Of a DNA stretch of 64,000 nucleotides, positions 27,391 through 37,400 are shown piece after piece (position 1 is the first letter of the stretch; the number at the start of each line of letters is the position of its first letter). The stretch covers positions 8,010-72,009 of the forward strand of contig BTVJ01000037.1 of assembly GCA_045863395.1 (NCBI GenBank), written 5' to 3'. Made by a program: the position numbers and the translations under genes. The DNA comes from Myxococcales bacterium. GTDB taxonomy: Bacteria > Myxococcota_A > UBA9042 > JABWCM01 > BTVJ01. The notes beneath the pieces are model-generated. The model had not been told where the DNA came from, made no database searches, and saw only the letters and a program-made list of their open reading frames with translations.

Positions 27391-29364
27391 ATGGATTGTG
27401 CGCTCTTCGATTCCCCGTACTTCGACGCCGCGCGGCTGGTGCGCCTGCCCCGCGTCTCCGCCATTGCGCCTTCTCCCTGTGGCACCTGGCTCGCCGTGGA
27501 GGTGGGGCGCCTCGACGAGGACACGCAGAAGGTCGTCGCGGACCTGTGGCGCGTCCCCCTGGAGGGGGCGCCCGTGCGTCTCACCCAGGGGCCCTGGAGC
27601 AGCCGCTCCCCGGCCTTCCGCCATGACGGCGCCTTGTGCTTCCTCAGCGACCGCCCGTTCGGGCGGGAGGAGGACCCGAAGCCCCAGGTCTGGGCCCTGG
27701 CGGGCGGTGACGCCCTGCGGCTGACCGACGAGCCCCTTGGGGTGAGCGCCTTCCGCGTCGCCAGCGGCGCCGAGTGCCTCGCGCTGCTCGCCCCCCTCTG
27801 GGAGGGAGTGGCGCTCGAGGAGCAGGGTGCTCACGACCGGGAGCGCTCCAAGAAGGGGCCGAGCGTCATGCGCTTCGTCCGCCAGCCCGTGCGGCACTGG
27901 GACCAGTGGGTGGCGGGCCCCGCCCCTCACCTCGTGGTCATCGATGCAGCGGGGCGTCGCGACCTCACCCCGGAGGCGGGGGACAAGCTCCGCCCCGCCG
28001 ACCTGGACCTGACCCTGGACCTGTCCGCGGACGGGCGGACCGTCGTCGTGCCCCGCCAGACGGAGGGCGCCGACCGGATGACCGCCGTGGACCTGTGGGT
28101 GTTCGATGTCGCGACGGGGCAGGGGAGGGTGCTCGGGTCGGAGGCGAACACCTGGCTCCAGGGGCCGGTGATCTCTCCCGACGGGGCGCGCGTCGCCTGC
28201 ACCCGCCACCGCATGGGGTCAGAGCGCCATGGGAGGCTCGACCTGTGGCTCGTGGATCTGGCGTCGGGCGAAGGGCGCGCCGTGCAGCCCGCGCTGGACC
28301 TGTGGCTGACTCCCCACGCCTGGGACGGCGATGCCCTGCTGTGTACGGCGGACCAGCGGGGCGACGTGCCGGTCTACCGGGTCGACGACGCGGGCGCCGT
28401 CAGGCTCACGGGCGAGGGCTCGCACCTGGGCCTGCGGGCGCTGCCTGGCGCGATTGCAGGCATCCGCCATCGCGTGACGCATCCGCCCGAGCCCTTCGTG
28501 CTGCGCCCGGGTGGGGAGCCCGAGCTCGTGGGTCAATTGACCGGCTTCGACGCCACCGACCACGTCGCGGTAGAGCGGCTGGAGGTGCCCACGGACGACG
28601 GCGAGGTGGTGCGAGGGCTCCTGGTGCGCCCGCAAGGCGGGGGCGTCGTGCCCACGCTGCTGTGGATCCACGGCGGCCCCGTCGGCCAGTTCGCGGATGG
28701 CTGGCACTGGCGCTGGTCACCGCTCGTGTTCGCGGCTCGGGGCTATGCGGTCGCCCTGCCCAACCCCCGGGGCTCCACGGGGGCGGGCCAGGCCTTCGTG
28801 GAGGGCATCTGGGGCAACACGTGGGGAGGCCGCTGCTACCAAGATGTCATGGCGGTGGCGGACCACCTCGCCGCTCGCTCGGACCTCGACGGAGACCGCA
28901 TGGCCGCCATGGGAGGCTCCTTCGGCGGCTACATGACCAACTGGATCGGCAGCAACACGGACCGCTTCCGGTGCCTGGTCACCCACGCGAGCCTCTACCA
29001 CCTGTCCGCGTTCTGGGGGGTGACGGACCACCCGAGCTACTTCCAGATGATGCTCGGGGACGATCCGATCTCGGACCCGCGCGCCTTCGAGCGGTACTCT
29101 CCGCACACGCGGGTCCGCTCTTGGCGGTCGCCGACGCTGATCCTGCACGGAGAGAAGGACTACCGCGTCCCCGTCGGGGAGGCCCTGGCGTTGTTCGAGG
29201 CACTGCAGACCCTTGGAGTGCCCTCGGAGCTGGTGGTGTTCCCCGACGAGAATCACTGGATCCTGAGACCCCGCAACGTCGAGGCGTGGTATGGGGCCAT
29301 CGCCGACTTCCTCGCGCGCCAGGGGATGGGCCCGGGGGGCGAGTCGCAGGTGCCTGGGGTCTGA
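27391..29364 (+). CDS. S9 family (prolyl oligopeptidase/acylaminoacyl) peptidase
   Basis: Beta-propeller N-terminus; IHGGP, NPRGSTG, GGSFGG, HGEKDYRV, FPDENHWI catalytic motifs. Confidence 0.95.
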   Translation: MDCALFDSPYFDAARLVRLPRVSAIAPSPCGTWLAVEVGRLDEDTQKVVADLWRVPLEGAPVRLTQGPWSSRSPAFRHDGALCFLSDRPFGREEDPKPQVWALAGGDALRLTDEPLGVSAFRVASGAECLALLAPLWEGVALEEQGAHDRERSKKGPSVMRFVRQPVRHWDQWVAGPAPHLVVIDAAGRRDLTPEAGDKLRPADLDLTLDLSADGRTVVVPRQTEGADRMTAVDLWVFDVATGQGRVLGSEANTWLQGPVISPDGARVACTRHRMGSERHGRLDLWLVDLASGEGRAVQPALDLWLTPHAWDGDALLCTADQRGDVPVYRVDDAGAVRLTGEGSHLGLRALPGAIAGIRHRVTHPPEPFVLRPGGEPELVGQLTGFDATDHVAVERLEVPTDDGEVVRGLLVRPQGGGVVPTLLWIHGGPVGQFADGWHWRWSPLVFAARGYAVALPNPRGSTGAGQAFVEGIWGNTWGGRCYQDVMAVADHLAARSDLDGDRMAAMGGSFGGYMTNWIGSNTDRFRCLVTHASLYHLSAFWGVTDHPSYFQMMLGDDPISDPRAFERYSPHTRVRSWRSPTLILHGEKDYRVPVGEALALFEALQTLGVPSELVVFPDENHWILRPRNVEAWYGAIADFLARQGMGPGGESQVPGV

Positions 29365-29391
29365 CCCGGACGCACGGGGCCTTGGCCTGGC

Positions 29392-30609
29392 TCAGCGCGT
29401 CGGGGGCGCGTGAGGTGCGGGCTCCAGGCGCGGCTCGGGGAGCTGGGTGGCGACCAGGGCCGCGACCACGAGCAGGAGCACCGACGACACGGTGGTGTTG
29501 CTCACGAAGCCCCAGCGCCCGTAGGCGGCGCCCGCGACGGCGCTCCCGATCGCGATGCCGGCCTGGCCGAGCGACACCGTCAGGCTCATGAGGGACCCCC
29601 GGCGCTCCGACGGCACGAGCTGGGTCAGCAGCGCCTGGAGCGGGCTTATGCGCATGGCGACCAGCGCCATGGTGATCGCGAAGACCACGTGGGCGGCCAG
29701 CATGGTCGAGACTGCCCACGGGACCGCGGCGGTGAGGCACGCCAGCGCCAGCGTGGACGTGACGATGAGGGGCTTTCGCCCGAGGCGGTCGGACGCGGCC
29801 CCCGCCAGAGGGCTCGCCAGGACGTTGACGGTCCCGCCGACGAGGTACATCAGGGCGACGGCCTGGCCACCGACGTGCAGGTGGGCCTCGATCCAGGAGG
29901 GGAGGTACGTGACGTAGACGGTGACGCTCCCGAACATGAAGAAGTACACGGCCGCCGCCGCGGCGACCTCTCGCCGCCGGAGCAGCGTGGCGTAGGACCT
30001 GAACATGGCGGCAAAGCTCAGGCGGCTCCCGTCCCGGGTCACGGGCGGCTGGGGCACCCACCCCAGGGCGAGCAGGAAGGACGCCCCCAGCGTCACCCCG
30101 AACAGCAGGAAGGGCGCCTGGAACCCCATGTGCTCCGCAAGCCAGGCGCCGGCGGGGATGCCCGCGATCTGCCCGAAGGACATGCCGCTCATCACCCAAC
30201 CGCTCGCGCGGCCCCGCTTGTGCGAGGGGAACCAGTCACCGACGTAGGACACGGCCGCACCGGAGAGCAGCCCGCCGCAGGCGCCGGCGAGGGCGCGGGC
30301 CGCCAGGAACGTCGCGTAGCTCGTCACGAGCGCGTGGGCGAACAGCGCGAGCGACATGGCGAGGGTGCCGAGCAGGAGGATGCGCCGCCGCCCGATGCGA
30401 TCCGACAGGGGTCCGGCGACCAGGGACGACAGGGCCATGGGGATCGCGTAGGCGGTCATCAGGGTGCCGCCCAGCGCCTGGTCCAGGTGCAGGGCTTCAC
30501 CGATGCGCGGCAGGATGGGTGCGAGGATCATGACCTGGCTGGCCGTCGAGAAGACCACGAGCCAGAGGGCGCCGAGGATCAGGAGGTCGGTGGTGCGCTC
30601 ACGGGTCAC
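29392..30609 (-). CDS. MFS transporter (DHA1-like)
   Basis: GPLSDRIGRR and AASDRLGRK motif A in both halves; about 12 hydrophobic segments; GTG start inferred. Confidence 0.92.
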   Translation of the reverse strand: MTRERTTDLLILGALWLVVFSTASQVMILAPILPRIGEALHLDQALGGTLMTAYAIPMALSSLVAGPLSDRIGRRRILLLGTLAMSLALFAHALVTSYATFLAARALAGACGGLLSGAAVSYVGDWFPSHKRGRASGWVMSGMSFGQIAGIPAGAWLAEHMGFQAPFLLFGVTLGASFLLALGWVPQPPVTRDGSRLSFAAMFRSYATLLRRREVAAAAAVYFFMFGSVTVYVTYLPSWIEAHLHVGGQAVALMYLVGGTVNVLASPLAGAASDRLGRKPLIVTSTLALACLTAAVPWAVSTMLAAHVVFAITMALVAMRISPLQALLTQLVPSERRGSLMSLTVSLGQAGIAIGSAVAGAAYGRWGFVSNTTVSSVLLLVVAALVATQLPEPRLEPAPHAPPTR

Positions 30610-30760
30610 GGGTCCTCGCTGGGGGTGGGCGCGACGGCCCGCGCGGCGAGAGCCTATCACGGTGCCGCGGGCGCCGCACGGGCCGTTTCCTCGGGGGCGC
30701 GGACAGCGTATGATCCCGCGCGGTGCGAGGAATGGAGGATGGCGCGTGAGGAGAGGGTCC

Positions 30761-32032
30761 ATGAGGTGGGTCGTGTTCGTGGGTCTGGCTCTCGGCGGCT
30801 GCGCGGGGGAGGCCCGACCCGGTGCTGGGGCGGATTCGGCGGTGGAGGTCGGCGCCGGCGATGGTGGTGCGTCCCACGGCGACGCGACTCACGGTGACGC
30901 CGAAGGAGCAGACGCTGGGATGCCCTTCGACTGGTGCGTGCCAGACGTGCCCCCGGATGACGCCTGCCACGCCGCCAAACGGGACCCGGCCTCCGAGCGA
31001 GTCGCGCTGGCCACCGAGATCGCCGCGAAGCAGATGGCGCTCCACCCGGCCGAGTCTCTCGGCTGGGACTGGGGCGAGGCCGTGCTCCTGTGGAGCTTCG
31101 TCGAGCTGCACGCCGTCACCGGAGACCCCGCGATCCAGGACTACGTCAAGGCGTACATGGACGCCCACATCGCGCACGGGTTCACGATCTCCACCAGTGA
31201 TTCCTGTGCGCCTGCCGCCCTCGCTGCGGCGCTCTATCGGCAGAGCCCGGACGACTCCTACGAGGCCGTCGTCGACAAGGCCCTGACCTACCTCTCGGAG
31301 TTGGCGCTGCGCACGGACGCTGGCGCAATCAGCCACTTCGGCACCATCCCCGTCGTCTCCGTCTGGGTGGACTCCCTGTTCATGTTCGGCAACGTCTGGA
31401 TGGCCTGGTGGGGCGCGACGGGAGACGTGGCCTCGCTCGACGCGCTGGGGGAGCAGATCCGGGTCTTCTCGGCGCTGTTGCAGGACGACGGCTTCTTTCG
31501 CCACGCCTGGGGCTGGCCCGATGAGTCTCCGACGCCCGCCTATTGGGCGCGGGGCAACGGGTGGGTGGTCGCCGCAGAGGCTCAGTATCTCCGGGCCCGG
31601 CGCATCCGTGGCGAGTCCGACGCCACCGTGGCCGAGTCTCTCGGGCGACTCCTCGCGGCGGTGGGAGACGCCCAGGGCGATGAGTCGGGGCTCTGGTGGA
31701 CCCTGCTCGACCACCCCGGAGACGCCTACGAGGAGACCAGCGCCTCGGCCCTGTTCGCCTACGGGATGGCGCGGGCGTGGCGCTCCGGCCTCGCGGGAGA
31801 CGAGGTGCTCCCTCGTGTCGTGCGGGCCATGGTCGGTGTCCAGTCGCGAATCACACGCGACGGGGCAGGGCTCCCGGTGGTGACCGGCATCTCCGGGCCG
31901 ACCACGGCGGGATTCAACGAGCAGTACGCGAAGGTGCCGCTCGTCGACGACATCTCCTACGGGGTCGGCGCGGTGATCCTGGCGCTCGTAGAGACATCGG
32001 GATTGCCGGAATCAGGAGGAGACCATGAGTGA
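30761..32032 (+). CDS. Glycoside hydrolase family 105/88 lipoprotein (unsaturated glycuronyl hydrolase-like)
   Basis: Lipobox LGGC; WDWGEAV, WVDSLFM, YWARGNGW, ETSASALFAYG. Confidence 0.88.
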   Translation: MRWVVFVGLALGGCAGEARPGAGADSAVEVGAGDGGASHGDATHGDAEGADAGMPFDWCVPDVPPDDACHAAKRDPASERVALATEIAAKQMALHPAESLGWDWGEAVLLWSFVELHAVTGDPAIQDYVKAYMDAHIAHGFTISTSDSCAPAALAAALYRQSPDDSYEAVVDKALTYLSELALRTDAGAISHFGTIPVVSVWVDSLFMFGNVWMAWWGATGDVASLDALGEQIRVFSALLQDDGFFRHAWGWPDESPTPAYWARGNGWVVAAEAQYLRARRIRGESDATVAESLGRLLAAVGDAQGDESGLWWTLLDHPGDAYEETSASALFAYGMARAWRSGLAGDEVLPRVVRAMVGVQSRITRDGAGLPVVTGISGPTTAGFNEQYAKVPLVDDISYGVGAVILALVETSGLPESGGDHE

Positions 32033-34220
32033 GCGGCTGGTAGCGGCGACTGTTGCCCTCGTGCTGTGGTCGGGGTGCGCGTCCGACCCGGCGGACGCTG
32101 CTGCAGGAGACACCGGAGCAGACAGCTCCGCTCCGGACTCCTCCGGTGCGGGCTCGGACATCGGCGCCGTCAGCGATGTGCCCGCGACCGACGCAGACTC
32201 GTCCGAGGCTCTGATCGACGCTGCCGCAGACTCCGCGCAAGACGTTGGAGCCGCGGATGCCGCCGCAGACACGGCGCCGGACACGGGCCCCCCGTGGAGT
32301 CCCCTCCCGCTCGTCCCCTCGGAGGCTTGGTCGAACCGCAAGGCGGAGTATCTCGCCGCGTGTCACGCCGCGAGCGGACCCGGGTCCAACGCGATCTACG
32401 GCCAGGTGTGCCGCGTGGCGCTGGGCGGCGACCTGGACGAGGCCGCCATCGGCGCGGCGATCACCAAGCTCGCGAACCGGGAGGACACCGCCGACTTTCG
32501 CCTGGCTGCCCTCGTGCGGCTCCTCTACCTCGACGACCTCCACCACACGCTCCCACAGGCGCTCCGCGAGGAGATCGAGCAGTCCCTGCTCGGGTTCAAG
32601 TACTGGCTGTCCGAGCCGGGCCAGGACAAGATGTGCTACTGGTCGGAGAATCACCAGATCCTGTTCCACTCGGGCGAGCTGCTGGCCGGCCAGCTCTTTC
32701 CCGACGAGGTCTTTCCCAACGCCGGCATGACCGGGGCGGACCACGTCGCCCACGCCACCCCGCGGGTCCTCACCTGGCTCGACCGGCGGCTCCGCTTCGG
32801 GTTCTCCGAGTGGCACTCCAACGTGTACTTCAACGAGGACATCCCGGCGCTGGTGAACCTGGTGGACTTCGCCGCCGACGAGGGGATCCGCACCCGGGCG
32901 GCCATGGTGCTCGACACCCTGGCGCTCGACCTGCTCGGCAACACGTTCAAGGGGCACTTCGCCACCGCCCACGGCCGCACCTACGAGAGCAAGCTGGTCG
33001 GCGCCCTGAGCGACTCCACGCGGGAGGCGGCCTGGGTGATGCTCGGCCTCGGGGACGCGCCGTCGAAGACCCACTTCTCGGCGTCCTTCCTCGCCACGAG
33101 CCCAAACTACTTCACGCCCGCGCTGCTGGAGGACGTTGCTCAGGCAGCGACCGGGGCCTTCGAGCACCGCCAGCGGGACGGCATCGCGGTCGCGGACGGC
33201 CCCGCGTGGGGCATCGGCTACACGGAGCCCGACGACGTGGTCTTCTGGGCGGGCATGGCGGCGCTGGCGGCCCCGCAGGTCGTGAACGGCACCGCCGCGC
33301 TGCTCGACACCTACGACCTGTGGCAGGGCTTCCTCTTCGGCGATCTCCCAGACTCCATCCTCGGGGTCCTGAAGACCATGAAGGGCACCCCCCAGCTCGT
33401 CGAGCTCGTCACCGAGATGGAGGCCCTCTCGCGCGGGATCGCCCTGGAGGCGATGAGCACCTACACCTGGCGCACCCCCCACTACCAGCTCTCTGGTGCG
33501 CAGGAGTACAACCCGGGCTTCTGGGGCGCGCAGACCCACGTCTGGCAGGCCACGCTCGACGGGCAGGCCTACGTGTTCACCTCCGTCCCGGGAAACCTCG
33601 GGGATCTGGCCCCGGGGGTGGAGCTCGCCACGTCCTGGGTGGGCGGCTGGATGCCGCGGGTGACCCTCCACCGCAATGTCGGAGTCATCCAGTACCGCCA
33701 CGCACCGGTGGACAGCTTCGAGAAGTACCTCTCGCTGGGCTACGTCCACGCCTGGTTCCCGCGCGGGGCCTTCGACGAGGTGAGGGAGGAGCCGCCGTGG
33801 GTCTTCGGCCGCAAAGGGGACGCCTGGGTGGCGCTGGCGGCGGACCAGCCGACCCGCTGGGCGGAAGACAACGACCACGAGCTGATCGTCGACGCGGTGG
33901 AGGTCCGGTGGGTCGTGGAGCTCGGCTCCGCGGATGACGGCACCTTCGACGAGTTCGTCGCGGCGATGATCGGATCGGGCCTCACCTTCGGCGCGGGCGT
34001 CGCCTGGGAGTCACCGGCCCTGGGCCCGGTGACCGTGGGGTGGGAGACCAGACTCCGCGTGGGCGGCGCCGACGTCGACACGGGCCCGTACCCGCGCTTC
34101 TCCAACGTCTTCGTGGAGCGCGCCCTGGAGGATCCGGTCACGGTCATCGAGAAGGACGGGGTCCGCCTGATCCTGGATGCGGACGCCGGCACGCGCACGC
34201 TGTGGGAGGCCCCGGAGTGA
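32025..34220 (+). CDS. Lipoprotein, uncharacterised, possibly heparinase/polysaccharide-lyase-like
   Basis: Lipobox WSGC; D/A-rich linker; YWSENHQILF, GFSEWHSNVYFNEDI, HGRTY, QTHVWQATL, HAWFP; overlaps the GH105 stop. Confidence 0.6.
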   Translation: MSERLVAATVALVLWSGCASDPADAAAGDTGADSSAPDSSGAGSDIGAVSDVPATDADSSEALIDAAADSAQDVGAADAAADTAPDTGPPWSPLPLVPSEAWSNRKAEYLAACHAASGPGSNAIYGQVCRVALGGDLDEAAIGAAITKLANREDTADFRLAALVRLLYLDDLHHTLPQALREEIEQSLLGFKYWLSEPGQDKMCYWSENHQILFHSGELLAGQLFPDEVFPNAGMTGADHVAHATPRVLTWLDRRLRFGFSEWHSNVYFNEDIPALVNLVDFAADEGIRTRAAMVLDTLALDLLGNTFKGHFATAHGRTYESKLVGALSDSTREAAWVMLGLGDAPSKTHFSASFLATSPNYFTPALLEDVAQAATGAFEHRQRDGIAVADGPAWGIGYTEPDDVVFWAGMAALAAPQVVNGTAALLDTYDLWQGFLFGDLPDSILGVLKTMKGTPQLVELVTEMEALSRGIALEAMSTYTWRTPHYQLSGAQEYNPGFWGAQTHVWQATLDGQAYVFTSVPGNLGDLAPGVELATSWVGGWMPRVTLHRNVGVIQYRHAPVDSFEKYLSLGYVHAWFPRGAFDEVREEPPWVFGRKGDAWVALAADQPTRWAEDNDHELIVDAVEVRWVVELGSADDGTFDEFVAAMIGSGLTFGAGVAWESPALGPVTVGWETRLRVGGADVDTGPYPRFSNVFVERALEDPVTVIEKDGVRLILDADAGTRTLWEAPE

Positions 34221-34456
34221 CCTGGGCGCGCTGCCGGGAGCACCGGACCGGTCCCCCTGGGGCCGCGCGTCTCCGTCGTACCGCTCCCACTCGCCCTCGA
34301 CGCGGAGGTTGAATCAGCCAGGGGGGCCCGCACGGCGCCGAGCAGCAGGGTAGGGCGCTCGTGACTCCGCGGGGACGGTTGCGCTCTGGCCGCCCGCGGG
34401 GTTGCGAAGCGTCCCGCGCCCGTGCGAGCATGGTCGTCGCTGACAGTGGGAGCATC

Positions 34457-37400
34457 ATGGTCTTCGTGAGACGCCGCAGAGATCGACCCGAGCCACGGTC
34501 CGAGTCACGCCGGGCGTCGCGAGCCGGCCACGGCTCCAGTCACGCCCCCGGCGCGGCCCTCCGGCAGGCCGAGGCGGCCGCTCTCGTCGACCGGCTCGTG
34601 CGGCCGATCACGGACACGGCGCACCTCGACGCGGAGCACATCGCTCACCTCATCGCCGGCTGGGTGCGCGCCGGCGCCATCACCCGCGAGTCGCTCCCCG
34701 CCTTGCTCGAGGTGATGCGGCAGGGCAGCACGCCCGAAGCCGCCAGCCTCGCCGGCGCGGTGGAGCGCCACCTGGCGGGCACGGACGCGGCCCCACCTGC
34801 TCCACAGGCCGCGGCGCGGCAAGCCTCGGCCGCCCGTCTGGTCCGCGCCATGGGGCCGCTCCTCGGGCTCACCCCCTCGGCCATCGACATCCGAACGGAC
34901 CGGGACGCGAGCGCCCTGACCGCCGCCCGGGGCGCGCGCGCCCTGCAGACCGGCGCCGTGATCCACCTGCACTCCTCGGTGGACCCGGGCACCGCCGCCG
35001 GCCGCGACACGGTGGCCCACGAGCTGATCCATGCGGCCCAGCGCGCCGCTCCGCCAGGCGCGTCGGAGCCGGCCCCGTCCCTGGCGGCGGCAGAGCGCCA
35101 GGCGCGCGCGATGGCTCCCGCCCTGGCAAAGGGAGGCGCGCCGTCGGTCGCCCTCGAGCCGCTGCCCGTGACCGCGCTCGCGGCGGACGACGACCAGGAG
35201 CCGGCCCAGGAGCGCGCCTCGCAGGGCGTCACCTTGCCCCGGGGGACGGACTGGGACGTGGTCGGGGCGCGCGTCGTCGTGCGGACGAGCTGGCTGATCA
35301 GCCAGGTCCAGGCCGAGCCCGGGGCGTCTCCGCCCACCGCCGACGAGATCGCCGCGCCTGCCACCCTCGCCCTGTTCCTGCAGCGGCTCAAGGAGCGCGG
35401 CGTCCTCGGGTGGCTGACCGCGGACCAGGTCTCGCTGCTGTCCCGCGAGCTCTTCATCCCGGGCCCCATCGAGCGCGACGTGATCATCGCCTACGCGCTG
35501 CCCATGGCCGTCTACGAGCGCGTCGGCCTGCCACCTGGCGTCCCGTTCCAGTGGCACTTCGCCGGCGGGGGCGCCCGGTGCATCCTGAGCGCCGACCGCT
35601 TGATCCCGCCCGGCGCCTCGCCGGACAGCCACCCGCGCATCTCGCCCCAGCTCCAGGAGCAGATCTTCGACCGCCTGGAGCTGGCCACGGGGTACGTGCT
35701 GCGCGACGAGGCGTGGGCGTTCATCCGAGGGCGCGGCGCGCTGGAGCTGGGCTCGACGACGGTGGGCAGGCTCGGGCCGGCCTTCACGCTCATCTACTCC
35801 CGCGAGGACATGGAGCTGCTCTTCGGCGCGGACATCTGGGAGAGCGTGCAGGAGGAGGTCGCTAGCGGCGACGTGACCGACACGCCGCGCCCACCGGGCG
35901 GCCTCACGCTGGATCCGGCGCTGACGGACGAGGATCGGGAGCTGGTGCAGCGCTTCCTCGCGGAGCTCACCCGCGGGAGCGAGGGGGGCGCGGGCGAGCG
36001 GACCACGACGATCACGCCCCACCTGGTCGCGGTCTGGCGACGGATCGACGCGCACCCGCAGAAGGAGCAGATCCTCGCCGAGCTGCGCCGGGGCGGCGGG
36101 GCGGACGGCGCGCCACTGTCCGCGCTGCGCTTCCTCAACGCCATCAACCAGGTGGAGCTCGCGGCCACGTACCGTGAGCTCGGCATGGACCCGCCGGAGG
36201 CCGACCCGGACAGCGACTGGCGGCCCATCCTCGAGGAGCCGGTCCGCGGGACGATCATCAACCGCTCCGACCTGCTCTACGCCGGCAAGGAGGGGCACTT
36301 CGTCTTCGAGACGGAGAACCGGGCCGACGCCTTCCGCGTGCCGCGGACCCGCGTGCGCTGGGTGGTCACCCCCAAGGACCGGCCGGCGGAGCACATCGAG
36401 GAGGGGCGCACCTACCACTGCGACCTGGACCCGCCCGACGTGTTCGAGGCCGACTTCGAGCACACGGGCACCTACACGGTCCATGCCTTCGTCAACCACA
36501 ACTTCTACCTGCCGGCGCACTTCTCCATCGACGTGGAGGTGACGACCCAGGTGGAGCGCCTGCGCCAGGTGGAGGACACGGCCTTTGCCGGCTTCGGGCA
36601 CGACACGTCCAGCGCCGCCCATGAGTTCGAGACGGCGCTCCTCGACGAGGTCGGCGCGGACCGGTTCCAGCACGGGCTCCTCACGCGGGGCACCCTGCCG
36701 GACGGCTACGAGCGCCCCGACTTCGACCGGCGCATCGCCCTGCTCACGTCCCAGCGGGCCCGCCTGGAGGGCTTCATCGAGGAGCACGCGGGCAGCGCGA
36801 GCCCCCGGGATCAGGACATGGTCCGCTACGCCCGCGACGCCATCGAGGCCATCGACGCGGTGCTGACGGACGTCCGGGGCGAGCGCGCGCGCGGCGCCAC
36901 CTTCTTCGAGGTGCGCGCGGCCTACGTGCCGGACCGCCCGGGCCTGCGCTCCGGGCCCCTGTCCCTGATCGCGTCGGCTCGCCGGGCCGACGGCGAGATC
37001 GCGATCACCATCCACGACACGTCCCAGGTCTACGAGCCCGAGAACTTCACCTTCTCCGACACGGGCGCCACCTTCGCGGCCGCGTTGGAGGAGGTGTTCA
37101 TCGACCTGTGCAAGGCCTACCCGTCCGGGCGCATGTCGCTGCGCGCCGAGGTCCTCGACGCCACCCTGAGCCCGACGACCGACACGCTCGGCTTCGAGCT
37201 GGACTGCGGCAGCTCGTGGGAGAGCATCCGCACGACGGTCTGGGACCCGGCGGTGGAGATCGCCATCAACATCGTCGGCGTCGCTGCCATGGTGTTCTTC
37301 CCGGCGAGCGCCACGGTCGTCTTCCCGCTGCTCGTGGCCTACAACGCCACCGACACCATCGCGCGCCTGGCCGAGGAGGGGGAGCGCGGCACGCTGACCG

